Below, one piece after another: positions 26,563 through 39,489 of a stretch of DNA of 64,000 nucleotides. Position numbers and translations under genes: made by a program. The notes below the pieces were generated by a model. That model was not told where the DNA came from. It searched no databases and saw only the letters and a program-made list of their open reading frames with translations. The stretch's first letter is position 1. Each line of letters begins with the position of its first letter. This DNA comes from Mobula hypostoma (lineage: Eukaryota): positions 84,322,001-84,386,000 of the forward strand of contig NC_086108.1 of the NCBI RefSeq assembly GCF_963921235.1, written 5' to 3'.

Positions 26563-28730
26563 TGTTGGCCTAGTTTCACACCGCACTATCAGGTGTGGGT
26601 AAGGGTGCCCGACGAGGGTTACCAATTGAAAGAAAAACAGACGGTAAGCTGCAACAGCACATTAGTGCCTGTGGTTTTATTTAGTGCCAGGTGGAAAAAA
26701 ATGCAAAAGCTGCCCAAAAGTTGTGAAGAAAAAAAGTATTTACAAATGGACAAATGAAAACAAACATATACGTACAAAAATTTACAAATATGCAGAGGAA
26801 TTCTCCATGACATACTTCATCTTTAGTTTTCCAATATAACTATTCACCAACCGTCAAATCCAACCTCCATAGCTCTCTAGCAAAGCCAGGCTGAGGTTTT
26901 AAATCTGCCTCTGACTGGCCTAGAAGGAGCAGGAAATTCTACTGTTGATCGGGGGGGGGGGGGGGATAATCAGGTGACCAGACCATAATAGCTATTTCAG
27001 GTACAGAACTGGAACGTTTTAAACAAGGATTGTAACATCTATAGTTTTATTCCACAACAAATGCCTTAGTTAAACCCAGAGATCAGTGTCCACATGCTCC
27101 CCACCAGTGGTGTTGCCTGTGTAGGGCGTGGTACACCTGTTCCTACTAACCCAGGCATTATTTTAAGACACCCCAAGCTGTCACTTTGTTCTTTTGGGGC
27201 CATTCTGCTGTCTACAGACCAATGTAACTGTGTGAATGAAAATAAGTGAAACTGTTTGGAACGTCAGTGTCTAGAATCCTTATTTTTATGAGTTATAGAC
27301 CAGTACAGCACGTAACCAAAGGGATTGGCTTGATTAGCCAAGCAAGCGATTGTTTTACTGTTGAGGTGTGTAAGCAGTAAGCTCCCAAGAACTGCAGAAC
27401 AGGAGGGCAACGTGTGTGAACTAATGGGGAAACTAGACAAGGTTAGCAGGAGAATTAGCACTACCAACCTGTTCTGTCACATCACCCCTCACCTTGTCTG
27501 GATTGCACAAGGTGGGTAATTGGGAGGGAGTCTGCCATGACGTTGTGCTGCCCTGCTTCATGGTGGATGTTGAAATGGAACGGTTGTAGAGCCAAGTACT
27601 ATCTCATGATGCATGTTTTGTGGTTTTTCATGGAGTCGACCCAGGTGAGTGCTTTGTGGTCGGTCTCCAGAACAAATTCTCCGCCCAGCAGGTAATACTG
27701 GAGGCTTTCCAAGGCCCATTTTATGGCAAGAGCTTCCTTCTCAACAGTGGAATACCTGTCTCCTGTGCTTCTGACTAAAGGCTGATTTATACTTGTGCGT
27801 ACGGGCTACACCATAGCCTACGCCGTAGGCCTGATCTATACTCTTGCATAGCCCTACGCCGTAGCAAGCATGCATAGTTGTGTCTACGTCGCTCTGCAAT
27901 TCACCACCAAAACGCTAGTTGGCCGTGGGGTTTCTATGCCACTGCATTGAGTTTCTTCATGAGAGACATGGACGAGGAAATGCATTTCAAATATTTTCGG
28001 ATGTCGGCAGGTAGATTTGACGATTTGATTCATCGTCTCCAACCATTTATTTCGCATCAGTGTACGGACATGGCAGAAAAAAGCAACCAGAAATGCATAG
28101 CAGGAAATGTGATGCTACCAAGCGGACCAATCACAGTTGTTGCAGTCTGCGTCGCTGCGACGCACGAGTTACATTTTTGGGGAGGTGCACATCACCCTGC
28201 AGCGTAGTGTACGCGGTACCTACGGTGTACATTTGACGCAGGAGTATAAATTGGGCTTAAGGTACTATACCGGCTGTTTTTCTCTCTCTTTCCCCTAGGC
28301 CAGGACTGCTCCAATCCCCACTGCTGAGGCATGGTGGTGATGGTGAATGGTTTGATGAGGTCTGGACCAATGAGGACTGGCTGGGGACACAGAGCCTCCT
28401 TCAGAGTCACAAAAACCTCCTCACATCTACTGGACCGGATTCTTTGTAGACTTCAGCATCAGTTCTGTTACTGAGACTGCCAAGGTGGCAAACTGGGGGA
28501 CATAACGGCAATACCACACGATTAGCCCGAGGAAGGATGGGACCTGTTACTTTGTGCGGGGCCAGGGACTACTTTTGATGGTCCTGACCTCGTTGACCAG
28601 TGGTTGAACGAGTCCTCGCCCTAGCTGGTAGCCCAGTCACCACGTCTCAGTGCTGGACCACTCACACTTCTGGACCCACTCCATGAAAGACCACAAAGCA
28701 CGGATCATGAGATGGTACCTGGCTCTGCAA
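26563..28730 (-). mobile_element. Gypsy-superfamily (Gmr1-like) LTR retrotransposon relic: RNase H, polypurine tract and putative 3' LTR (27481-26563)
   Basis: [37 protein letters not shown]...YLALQPF...NVMADSL; AAGGTGAGGGGTGA directly before TGTGACA. Confidence 0.75.
27779..28257 (+). mobile_element. PIF/Harbinger non-autonomous element with transposase remnant
   Basis: TIRs AGGCTGATTTATACTTGTGCGT / ACGCAGGAGTATAAATTGGGCT; TAA TSD; peptide RDMDEEMHFKYFRMSAGRFDDLIHRLQPFI. Confidence 0.8.
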
Positions 28731-30126
28731 AACATCTACAAGTTAAGCTACTCATGGACTTGCAGGCAGTGTTCTAGTTTTTCTAAATGGTACACACCAT
28801 GGGTTTGAGCCATAGCATTTGCTGGGGCACATCTACAAGGTCACACAGATTTTGTGCTGGCGGAAGAATATATTTAGACTGATGAATGGGGTGCCAATCA
28901 AGCAGGCTGCTTTGTCCTGGATAAAGTTTCAAATGTTATTGAACCCTTACTCATTCAGACAGGCTGCAAGTATTCAGTAATACCTACGACTTGTGCCACT
29001 CATGTAAATGAAAGATTTTAAGGCATCACATACAGGCAAGGTTCACATGCAACCTCCACATTTCTGCTACGACATTCAGGAGTTATATGTATCCGGGTCC
29101 CACTGATCTTTCATTCCCTATCCATTATGTCACTTCCCCTTTGTCCTTGCTCAAGTGTATCAAATTTCCTGCATAAATTGTTTTTTCCTGTTTATTGTGA
29201 GCTAACAATTGTTGACCAGCTGCACAAGCAATGAATTGTTACTCAGCAATAATACATCATTGGCTCATGGTTAGTCAGAAGAGTTTGATTTTGAAGTCAA
29301 AGAAAATGGTTCAGAATGTTCTTTTTAAATTAAAGACAACGTCTCCCTCCACTGGAATTGTGTTGTCACCACAGAAACAGGTATTCCAAATGTTATAAGT
29401 CTATTTAAATACTTGAACACAGATGCAAGAAAAAGTGTTAAGGAATTAGTAAGGAAGTATATTCTTATACAGATCCAAGCTAATATACCACTCTTGTGTG
29501 TGAAACAAGTTCTACATAGCTAATGGAAGTATTCCAAAATAAAATCCAAATGTTGGAGATTAGAATTAAAATAGAAATACAAAAATTGGGATAAACAATT
29601 AAAATTCAAGAACAAATGATCAGTTCTGGTGTATTTACGCTGTAGTTTGTGCAATGGAGGAATAGATGTGCATTAAATGCATTTTATGGCTCAATTTCAA
29701 GAATTCATGTAGCTGTCTAAGCTAAATGCACAGAAGTGTAGTCACAATTGTGAGGCAGCAAGAGTGGCAGCTAGAAGCACAGATTATGAGTCCAAAAGAA
29801 GCAAATGTTCAGATATTCATCAGACGAAGGATTATTATCAGGATAGCAAGCAAAAATCACTTGTAATCTTTCGGTGGAGAAGGGAATCTACATGTAGAAA
29901 ACAATCCCAATTATAAAACAATTTTTCAATATTACATTGAGGCAATCTCAAATCCTAGTAATAATGATTGAGATATCTGTCTTACTGCACTGCTAGCAAA
30001 AAATATCAACCAGATCATGAATGCAAGAAAAGATGACATTCAATTTAAATCAATACGGTTGAGGCCACACACGCATTATGATGAGTCACCAGAAATTAAT
30101 TCAGATCCTGCGCTGAAGAAACTTAA

Positions 30127-30659
30127 GAGTCGTGGGAAAGTACAGTACAGAAATCAGCCTTTTGGCACATCTAGTCTGCGCGGAACCATTTAAACTGTCT
30201 AGTCCCATCGACTTGCACCCAGACCACAGCCCCTAATATCCATATAACTATCCAAACTTCTCTTACATGTTGAAATCAAGCTCACATGCACCACTTATAT
30301 GCTGACAGCTCGTTCCACTCTCATGGCCCTCTGAGTTAAGGAGTTTCATGTTTCTCATGTTCCCCTTGAATTTTTCATCTTTCACCCTTAACCTATGGCC
30401 TCTAGTTGTAGTCCTACCCAACCTCAGTGGGAAAAACTCATTCACATTTCCCCTATCTATACCCTTCATAATTTTGTACACCTCTATCAAATCTCCCCTC
30501 GTTTTTCTACGTTCTAAGGAATAAAGTCCAAATTAGGCCTCATCAACGTCTTATACAGCTTCAACATAACATCCCATTTCCTGTACTCAATACTTTGATT
30601 TACAATGCACAATGTGCCAAAAGCTTTCTTTATGACCCTATCAACCTGTGCTGCCACTT
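30127..30659 (-). mobile_element. CR1 3' part; resumes at 34508-34600 after an L1 insertion
   Basis: IEVYKIMKGIDR...TTTRGHRLRV; TSD TGCTGCCACTT at 30649-30659 and 34508-34518. Confidence 0.8.
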
Positions 30660-31051
30660 CCTTTTTTTAATTATTTATTTTTATTTATTACAAACAAAAA
30701 AACACAAAAAAATACAGCACATCCACAAAAACCACAACCATAGCAAAATCAAATTAAATATTGAGCAGCAAAAGGGAGAAAAATATAAAGGCAAAAGTAA
30801 ACTTACACAGCAGAGGTGCATTGCACCAAAAAAACCTCAGTCCTCACCTCATGTGAAAGTCCAATACAGGGCCCCATATCCTTTCAAAGATGTCCCCTCT
30901 GTCCTCATTACATAGTCTCAGTCTCTCCAAATGTAAAGTATTTGCCAGTTCTCTCAGCCACAGATCGTACGTAGGCACAGAGTCCATTTTCCACATTTGC
31001 AGGATTAACTTCTTAGCAATCACCATTCCAAACAATACAGCCATATTTTCA

Positions 31052-31217
31052 GTCGAAGTTTCAGGCTGAGACCCTTCGTCAGTCCTGACGAAGGGTCTCG
31101 GCCTGAAACGTTGACTGTCCCTCTTCCTAGAGATGCTGCCTGGCCTATCGTGATCACCAGCAACTTTGATGTGTGTTGCTTGAATTTCCAGCATCTGCAG
31201 AATTCCTCGTGTTTGCA
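31052..31217 (+). mobile_element. PLE terminus fold-back with head-to-head hammerhead cores
   Basis: CCCTTCGTCAG TC CTGACGAAGGG centre; TSD AG(C/T)CATATTTTCA; plus-strand motif 31081-31116. Confidence 0.9.
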
Positions 31218-31789
31218 AGTCATATTTTCATACATATTGGCTGAAGATAGGGAGCTTGATGCTCCAAGGATGGCTATGAGCGGGTCCGGTTCCCACCGCT
31301 TCCCAAAAGCCTCAGAGGAACAGTGAAAAATACTTTTCCAGTATGGATAAAGCTTAGAACATGACCAAAATGAATGTGACAAGTTACTGTTCACAGATTT
31401 ACATCTATTACAAACTGGTGAAATATCAGGGTAGAAACTGTGCAACTTCTCTTTGGAATAATGGAGTCTATGTATTGTTTTAAACTGTATAAGTCTGTGT
31501 CTGACATTGACCGAACAATCATGTATACTCTTTAAACACTCATCCCAGACCTCCTCCATCTGTTCTATACCCAATTCATCCACCCATGCCTGTTTAAAAC
31601 CTGCAGTATTCCCCTGAGCTCCATTGTGTAACAGGATCAAAAAGGGGGAAGTTTAAAGGAGATTTACCAATCATTTGTTTTACGCAGAGAACACTAGGTG
31701 CCTGGAATACACTGCCAAAGGAAGTGGGGAGAGCAGATATGAAAGCAATGTTATCTATAGAAGTTTTGAGCGAGAAGTTGTTGTTATGA

Positions 31790-33400
31790 CACCACTAACC
31801 AAATTTCAATCTCCTTCCTGTATGCTGATTCATCACCACCTTGGATTCGGCCCACAACAATAGTGCAATTAGCAAACTTGAATATGGGATTGGAGCTGTG
31901 CTTAGCTACACAGTCATAGGTGTAAAGCGAATAGAGCAGGGGGCTAAGCACACAGCTTTGTGGTGTACCTATGCTGATGGAGATTGTGGAGGAGATGTTG
32001 TTGCCAATCTGAACTGACTGGGGTCTACAAATGATGAAATTCAGAATCCAATTGCACATCACACACATCAAAGTTGCTAGGCAGCATCTCTAGGAAGAGG
32101 TATAGTCGACGAGACCCTTCGTCAGGACTAACTGAAAGAAGAGCTAGTAAGAGATTTGAAAGTGGGAGGGGGAGGGGAGATCCAAAATGATAGGAGGATG
32201 GGGAGGGATGGAGCCAAGAGCTGGACAGTTGATTGGCAAAAGGGATATGAGAGGATCATGGGACAGGAGGCCTAGGGAGAAAGAAAAGGGGGAGGGGGGA
32301 AAATCCCAGAGGATGGGCAAGGGGTATAGTGAGACGGACAGAGGGAGAAAAAGGAGAAAGAGAAAAAGAATGTGTGTAAATAAATAAATAATGGATGGGG
32401 TACGAGGGGGAGGTGGGGCATTAGCGGAAGTTAGAGAAGTCGATGTTCATGCCATCAGGTTGGAGGCTACCCAGACGGAATATAAGGTGTTGTTCCTCCA
32501 ACCTGAGCGTGGCTTCATCTTTACAGTAGAGGAGGCCATGGATAGACATACCAGAATGGGAATGGGACGTGGAATTAAAATGTGTGGCCACTGGCAGATC
32601 CTGCTTTCTCTGGCGAACAGAGCATAGGTGTTCAGCAAAACGATCTCCCAGTCTGCGTCGGGTCTCGCCAATATATAGAAGGCCACATTGGGAGCACCGG
32701 ACGCAGTATATCACCCCAGCCGACTCACAAGTGAAGTGTCGTCTCACCTGGAAGGACTGTCTGGGGCCCTGAATGGTGGTAAGGGAGGAAGTGTAAGGGC
32801 ATGTGTAGCATTTGTTCCGCTTACACGGATAAGTGCCAGGAGGGAGATCAGTGGGGAGGGATGGGGGGAACGAATGGACAAGGGAGTCACGTAGGGAGTG
32901 ATTCCTGCAGAAAGCAGAGGTGGGGGGAGGGAAAGATGTGCTTAGTGGTGGGATCCTGTTGGAGGTGGCGGAAGTTACAGAGAATAATATGTTGGACCCG
33001 GAGACGGATGGAGTGGTAGGTGAGGACAAGGGCAACCCTATTCCTGGTGGGGTGGCGGGAGGATGGAGTGCACATGGAGGTTTTGAGGCCAAGGTCTTGG
33101 AGCTTATTGATTAATTTTGAGGGGATGATGGTATTGAATGCTGAGCTGTAGTTGATAAACATCAGGATCAGTATCCTGATGCATGCATCTTTACTGCCCA
33201 GATGTTCCAGGATTGAGTGAAGAGCCAATGAGGTGGCATCTGTTGTGAACCTATTGCTCTATTAGACAAATTGGAGAGGATCCAAGTCACCTCTCAGGAA
33301 GGAGCTGATATGTTTCATTACTGGCCTCTCAAAACATTTCATTGCTGTTGATGTAAGTGGGCAATGGTCATTAAGGCAGGTCACCACACTCTCCTGGGCA
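31790..33400 (-). mobile_element. Rex1/Babar-like RT fragment split by a PLE
   Basis: MKCFERPVMKHI...[43 protein letters not shown]. Confidence 0.85.
32060..33068 (-). mobile_element. 5'-truncated PLE with uninterrupted GIY-YIG endonuclease frame
   Basis: AGVIYCVRCSQCGLLYIGETRRRLGDRFAEH...PDGMNIDFSNFR*; TGCACAT flanks; hammerhead has an internal deletion. Confidence 0.9.
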
Positions 33401-34068
33401 CGAGAAAAATTGAATACTGATCTAAGAGTCATAAAGTAGGGAAAAGAGACATCGTGGTTTAGGGAAGGAATTCTAGATCCTAAGATGTCGACAGCTGAAT
33501 GCATGATTGCCAGTGGTAGAATCATTTAAAACTGAGAATGTACTGAGACCTTGTTTGAAAGAGCACAGATAAGATTGCAGATTTGTCTGAAACTTCGAAG
33601 TTAGGTGTACATGTCCTAACATAATCTCGAATTTGTAAATATCTAAAAACTAGATGCAGGGATATTGTAATCTGCTTGTAACTGCGCAAATAAGGCAAAG
33701 TTTCCATTAATATACAGGTCACCTACACTACAGATGCCTCTCTGTTTCCGGGTAGAAAAAACAGTATCATTCAGGCCAGGCAAAAAGGAATGATTGTCAC
33801 AAATCAGAATGTCAATATCAGTTTTTGGGGCCTTAATGTGTAGTTGAATCTGCTTCCAAATTCTTACAGTGCTGCCAACCACGAAGCTGTTACTAAAATG
33901 TGACTTATTAACTGCAGTGTGGCTATTAAGGAGAGCTGGTAAGGAAGTCTTCTTACAAAGCATTCGCTCTATGAGTAACCATGCTGGGAACGAGTCTGAG
34001 GTAGACAGTGGGCCTTTTTTCCACCATGCAAGAATGGATAGGTGGGCAGTTCAGTAATACATTTTAAC

Positions 34069-34259
34069 ACAAACAGGAGGAACTCTGCAGATGCTGGAAA
34101 TTCAAGCAACACACATCAAAGTTGCTGGTGAATGCAGCAGGCCAGGCAGCATCTATAGGAAGAGGTACAGTCGACGTTTCGGGCCCATCGACTGTACCCC
34201 TTTCTAGAGATGCTGCTTGGCCTGCTGCGTTCACCAGCAACTTTGATGTGTGTTGCTTG
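34069..34259. mobile_element. PLE terminus fold-back palindrome
   Basis: Inverted arms meeting at about 34185 within the hammerhead; 13-bp TSD AATACATTTTAAC. Confidence 0.9.
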
Positions 34260-35705
34260 AATACATTTTAACGTTCGGTAGGGCAAAACCACCTGCTTCC
34301 TTGGGCTTTGACAAGTGTTTTTAGTAATTCTAATAGCTTTATAATCCCAAATGAAGGGTATAATAATTGAATCCAATTGCTTAAAATATGACAGAGGAAT
34401 AAAACATGGAATAAGAACTAACTGCTATTTGGGTGAGGCAAAAGGTGAAGGTAGGCACAGCTCCTGGGACACACGTCTACTCCATACCAAGACCCCACGT
34501 GACCCCATGCTGCCACTTGCCACTTTCAACCAACTATGGATCTGTATTCCCAGATCCCTTTGTTCTACAGAACTCCTCAGTGCCCTACAATTCACTGTAT
34601 TATTTTTTTAAAAACTGAAAATGCTTTGCCAGTTAAGGCTTAATATTGAAACACATTCAAAGACTAATATTGAAAGACTTTATGTTAACAGCCATTTATT
34701 CTTCCAGTGTATTCAACAGTCACCTTTGTTCTCTGACACTGCCATTCATCAGTCAAGTTCACTCTTCAAAGAAAAGTCCAAGATGAACTTCATTTAGCAA
34801 CTTTCCAAAATAACTACAATGCCGTGTACCGCCAAGTACTTAAAGTCGTCACTGAAACCTGGGAGATTTTCCCACCTTTGTTTCTTCCAAACATAACTTT
34901 CAATTCACTATAAAACAAGTTAACCATGACTTAATTAGCCTAAATGTGCTTATTGTGAAAGTGTACACTTTCAACAAATGCAAGCAATCTGCAGGCTGTT
35001 TTTTTACAATGTTCAGCATTGGAGGAACGCTGCTAGTTAACTTAAGAACTGGATATTCCCAAACCAGGAAGTGGCAAGTGTGACTCATTAATTTATTATC
35101 CTGACAGCTGGCTGATCTTCAGCTACATCCAGACCATTTCAGCATTGGCTGAAATAAAAGACCAAGAAAGGAGATAACTCAAGGAAAAGGGCCATCATTG
35201 TTTTTACTCAAAAGGAATGCAGCTTAATTTTTTTCAGCAGAATCTGATTATAATGCAAACAGTAGATGGTGCTCGATGTAGATCATAAAGATTTCCAAAC
35301 ATTGATATAGATCTTCATACCTAGTTTATTTAGAGACACAGTATGATAACAATCTGTTTAGGCCCAATGAGCCCACACCGCCCAACTTCACCAATGTGAG
35401 TAATTAAACCACTACTAAACCACTAATCAGAATCAGGTTTAATATCACTAGTGTACGTCATGCAATTTGTTATCTTTGCAGCAGCAGTACAATGCAATAC
35501 ATGACAAATATAGGAAAAAAACTGAATTACAAGAAGTATATGTATATCTATGACATAATTTAGTGCAAAAACAGAAATAACAAAAAAAGAAGTGAGGTAG
35601 TGTTCATGTGCTCAATGTCCATTTAGGAATCTGATGACAAAGGGAAAGAAAGTGCATGTAACGTTTCAACTGCAACTCCAGCACAACCTAAACCTTTATT
35701 CAAAG

Positions 35706-35910
35706 ACGAGGAATTCTGTAGATGCTAGAAATTCAAGGAACACACATCAAAGTTGCTGGTGCACGCAGCAGACCAGGCAGCATCTTTAGGAAGAGGTACA
35801 GTCTACGTTTCGGGCCGAGACCCTTTGGTCTTGGCCTGAAGCGTCAACTGTACCTCTTCCTAGAGATGCTGCCTGGCCTGCTGCGTTCACCAGCAACTTT
35901 GATGTGTGTT
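35706..35910. mobile_element. PLE terminus fold-back palindrome
   Basis: Arms meet at about 35824 in hammerhead helix II; 13-bp TSD CCTTTAT(T/C)CAAAG. Confidence 0.9.
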
Positions 35911-36084
35911 CCTTTATCCAAAGGACTGGTTGATGTTTCAGGTCACGATCCTGCATCCACACAAAAAGTTTCAATTCCCATAAGGTGGACACTGCCTACT
36001 CGGTCCATATGTGTGCAAACCCCCATTCCCTCTCAACAGCACTATTCCAATAATTGCACTCAATAAGTAAATAAATAAATCAGT

Positions 36085-37415
36085 AAATTCCCTCCCTCCC
36101 AAACCTTCTGAACAACTTTTGTGCACACTTCAAGGCATGCAACACAAAGCTCACAACGAAAGCTACCCTTCTCTCAGGCACGAGAAAAGCTCTGTAGCCA
36201 GTGAACCTCCATAAGGTGGCCAAGCCAGACAACACCCCAGGCCAAGTACACATGGGGTGCACACACTGACGTCTTCACAGACATCTTCAACACTTCACGC
36301 ATCCAGGGCCACATGCTTCAAATCAGCCTCCATCATCCCTGTACCAAAGAACTCTTAACACCTTCAGAACTAAATGATTACTACCCAGTGGCACTGACAC
36401 CAATCACCATGAAGTGCTTTGAATGGCTGCTAATGAAACACAGTTAAAACTTCATCCCTGCCACACTGAACGTTCACCAAGATGCTCACCAACAGAACCA
36501 CTCCACAACGGACACCATAGCATCTGTAATGCACCTGGCCCTGACATACCCAGAAAACAAGGGCACTTATGTCAGAATATTGTTTTTGGCTTTCAGTCGG
36601 CATTCAACACTATTGTCTTACAGACTTTGGTGAACAAACTCCGACTCCTCGGTCTAAGTACATCACTGTGCAACTGGGTGTTGGAGTTCCTAACCAACAG
36701 ATCTCACATAGTCAGGATGGAGAACCGCTCCTCCCTCCCCACCATTCTCAACACCGGTGTCCCCCCGGGATGTGTGCTGAGCCCATTACTGTATTCTCTA
36801 CTCACGTGCCTGCACAGCCAAAGAGCTGAGTAATCACTTTGTCAAGTTCACCGATATCACCACAGTGGTGGGGCTCATCACTAACAATGATAGGGTGCCT
36901 ACAGAGAGGAGGTGGAAGAGCTTGAGTCTGGTACCAGGCAAGTAACCTCTTCCTTAATGTCAACAAGACAAGGAGAAATGGTTATCCAGTTCAAGAGGAC
37001 TCATACCATTCACATTTCTCCTTACATCAGTGACACAGCAATGGAAAGTGCAAGCAGCTTCAACCTCTTGGAGTGCACATCACACACCACCTCTGGTCTC
37101 AGAACACATCCCACACAATCAAGAAAGCTCGTCAACACATCTACTTCCTGAGAAGATTGCAGAGAGCAGGACTTTGCACATCCATATTCACGCCATTCTA
37201 CAGATGCACAGTAGAGAGCATCTTAACAAGCTGTACCACTGTTTGGTTCACAAACTGTACTGCAGCAAACAGGAAGACCCTACAACGGGTAGTCAAAACA
37301 GCCCAACGCATCCCCAGCACCAGCCTTCCTACCATCAATGATATAGAAAGGTGCCAGGAAAGGGCCAGTAACATCGTGAAGGATTCCACACACCCTGCTC
37401 ATGGCCTGTTTGTCC
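36085..37415 (+). mobile_element. Rex1/Babar-like LINE; 3' end continues at 43651-43970
   Basis: [54 protein letters not shown]. Confidence 0.85.
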
Positions 37416-37548
37416 AGGGACTTCCGCCTGCGGCTCGATGGAGTAATACATAAATTTTGTTGCTGCCTTTAAGTCCTCCTTTTCCGCAGTTTAAACCTTG
37501 AATTTTTAACTTCTATCTCTTGGATCTTTGAGGGAAATAGTTGTCATT

Positions 37549-38283
37549 ATGTCATATCCTTTAAGAAGTGGAAAGCAGCTTTTTGAATCCAGCAATGGGA
37601 AGGGAAAAACTTTGAAAGAAAAATTGGAAGATATGCCTGTCTGGGCTGAACGTTTGGAACGTGCGTTGATGGCTCTCAGCAACAAAATAGACAATAACAC
37701 TTCTGAGTTGAAGTCGTTCCGACAGAGTTTTCAGAGTATTATTTCCTTGAATACTGAGTTTAAAGAATCAAAACGTCAGATTGTGGATATTTCAACCCGC
37801 TTGGGACAGGCTCAACGTAAAATGGTCAATTTAGAGGCAAAGTCTCGTCAGAATAATATTCGAATTATCGGACTGAAGGAAGGCTCTGAGAGTGGGAATT
37901 TATTGGACTATTTTGCCAATTTGTTTCAATCTTTGTTTCCGGATATTCTACCTCAGCCTCCCGATATTGAAAGAGCTCATAGAATTTCCATATTGAATTT
38001 TCAGATCTCAGGTAAAACTCGGCCAATCTTGGTCAATTTTCTTTGCTTTAAGGTTAAAGACCAAATCATAAAATATGCAAGGAAACAGAGAGTTTTAAAA
38101 TTGAATGGTTCCAAGATCCATTTTTACAAAGACTATCCACAGGAAATTATGGAACAGCGGATCAAATTTGTCCCAGCGATGAAAAGTGCTCATGCAAAGG
38201 GACTTTTTCCATCGCTTTGCTACCGTGCTAGATTTAAATTATTTACTAAAGAATCTACACCTCATGTGTTTTCGGATCCCTAA
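37549..38283 (+). pseudogene. L1 ORF1 RNA-binding protein
   Basis: Coiled coil then LEAKSRQNNIRIIGLKEG...DIERAHR...RPILVNFL. Confidence 0.85.
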
Positions 38284-38568
38284 GCGGCACTGGACTTTGT
38301 TAACTCTATCGTGGAGTCAGCTGACGCATGAAGGATATTTGGGTTGCTGAATAATTTTCTGTAAGAAAACAGGCTTTGAAGATTTTTAATATGCTGAAGA
38401 TTTTCTTTGATCAATGAACTATTTAAAGAAGAAGTGAACTTCTTGGTTTGACTAATGAATAACTTTTTTGAAGTCTGTTTGGTATATGGAGTGAACTAAC
38501 ACAGTGGACAGATTATTAACTGGTTTGATTATATGCTTCTTTTTTCCTTTTCTTTTATTAATTAAGTG

Positions 38569-38884
38569 TGGGCACGTGGCCAAGTGGTTAAGGCATTGGA
38601 CTAGCGACCTGAAGGTCGTGAGTAGAGCCCCAGCCGAGTCAACGTGTTGTGTCCTTGAGCAAGGCATTTAATCACACATTGCTCTGCGACGACACTGGTG
38701 CCAAGCTGTATGGGTCCTAATGCCCTTCCCTTGGACAACATTGGTTTGTGGAGAGGGGAGACTTGCAGCATGGGCAACTGCTGGTCTTCCATAACAACCT
38801 TGCCCAGGCCTGCGCCCTGGAGAGTGAAGACTTTCCAGGCACAGATCCATGTTCTTGCAAGACTAACTGATGCCTTTACTTTAC
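38569..38884 (+). mobile_element. tRNA/CORE-like SINE with RTE-like tail, inserted in the L1 inter-ORF region
   Basis: Same family as 26192-26505; 15-bp TSD TTTATTAATTAAGTG; (TTTAC)n end. Confidence 0.9.
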
Positions 38885-39489
38885 TTTATTAATTAAGTGA
38901 AAGCTTTCATAGTTTATATAGGCTCTTTCTTGTATAGTGAGGAGTGTTTAGAATAGATAATTAGCTTTAGCTTATTTTATTAAAAAAGTTGGGTAGTAAG
39001 CTAAAGGAATAATGGTGCCTTTTTCTTGTTAGAGATTGTATTGTTTAGGTTTAATAGCATTGTTTTGACGCTTTTGGAGACTGTTTTTGCATTCCCTAGT
39101 TTATTTTCAATGATTAACTATAAACATCTTTCTTCTGCTTCTCTGCTGGGTTTTCTTGTCTTAGGGTCATGTGATTTCTTTGTAAGGGAGGGGAATTGGG
39201 AGAAAAAATTTAAATCACTATATTGAGCCGCAGGCAGAGTTCTGCTTTTTCTTTTCTCCTTGGGGTGGCATTCTGGCTTTTTCCTTCCTTTTGCCGGATT
39301 TCTACCTTTTGGGATGGTGGGAGGTTTTGGGGTATTTTTGCATTTTGGGGTTTATTACAGGATTTTTTTCAGGTTTTTCCCCATTATGGAGCTCCAGAGC
39401 ATGCGTGTTTTCTATATGGTTATACTCATCAACGCCATCTTTGATTAGCCCACAATGGTATGCGTGTATTTTTGTGTTTAAAACAATAT

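Larger units (their letters stand above)
30660..34507 (-). mobile_element. L1/Tx1-clade LINE 3' portion with several nested insertions
   Basis: C-terminal HRLIQFKTIHRLHYS...CNRCK...HSFWSC, AKKLILQMWK; A-rich tail at 30661; 11-bp TSD. Confidence 0.85.

Noticed and set aside
27111..27318. Possible small solo LTR nested in the Gmr1-like LTR
   Set aside because: Termini and TSD could not be defined
38569..38640. tRNA gene (also 26435-26505 and 54195-54270)
   Set aside because: tRNA-like heads of TSD-flanked SINEs, not stand-alone tRNAs
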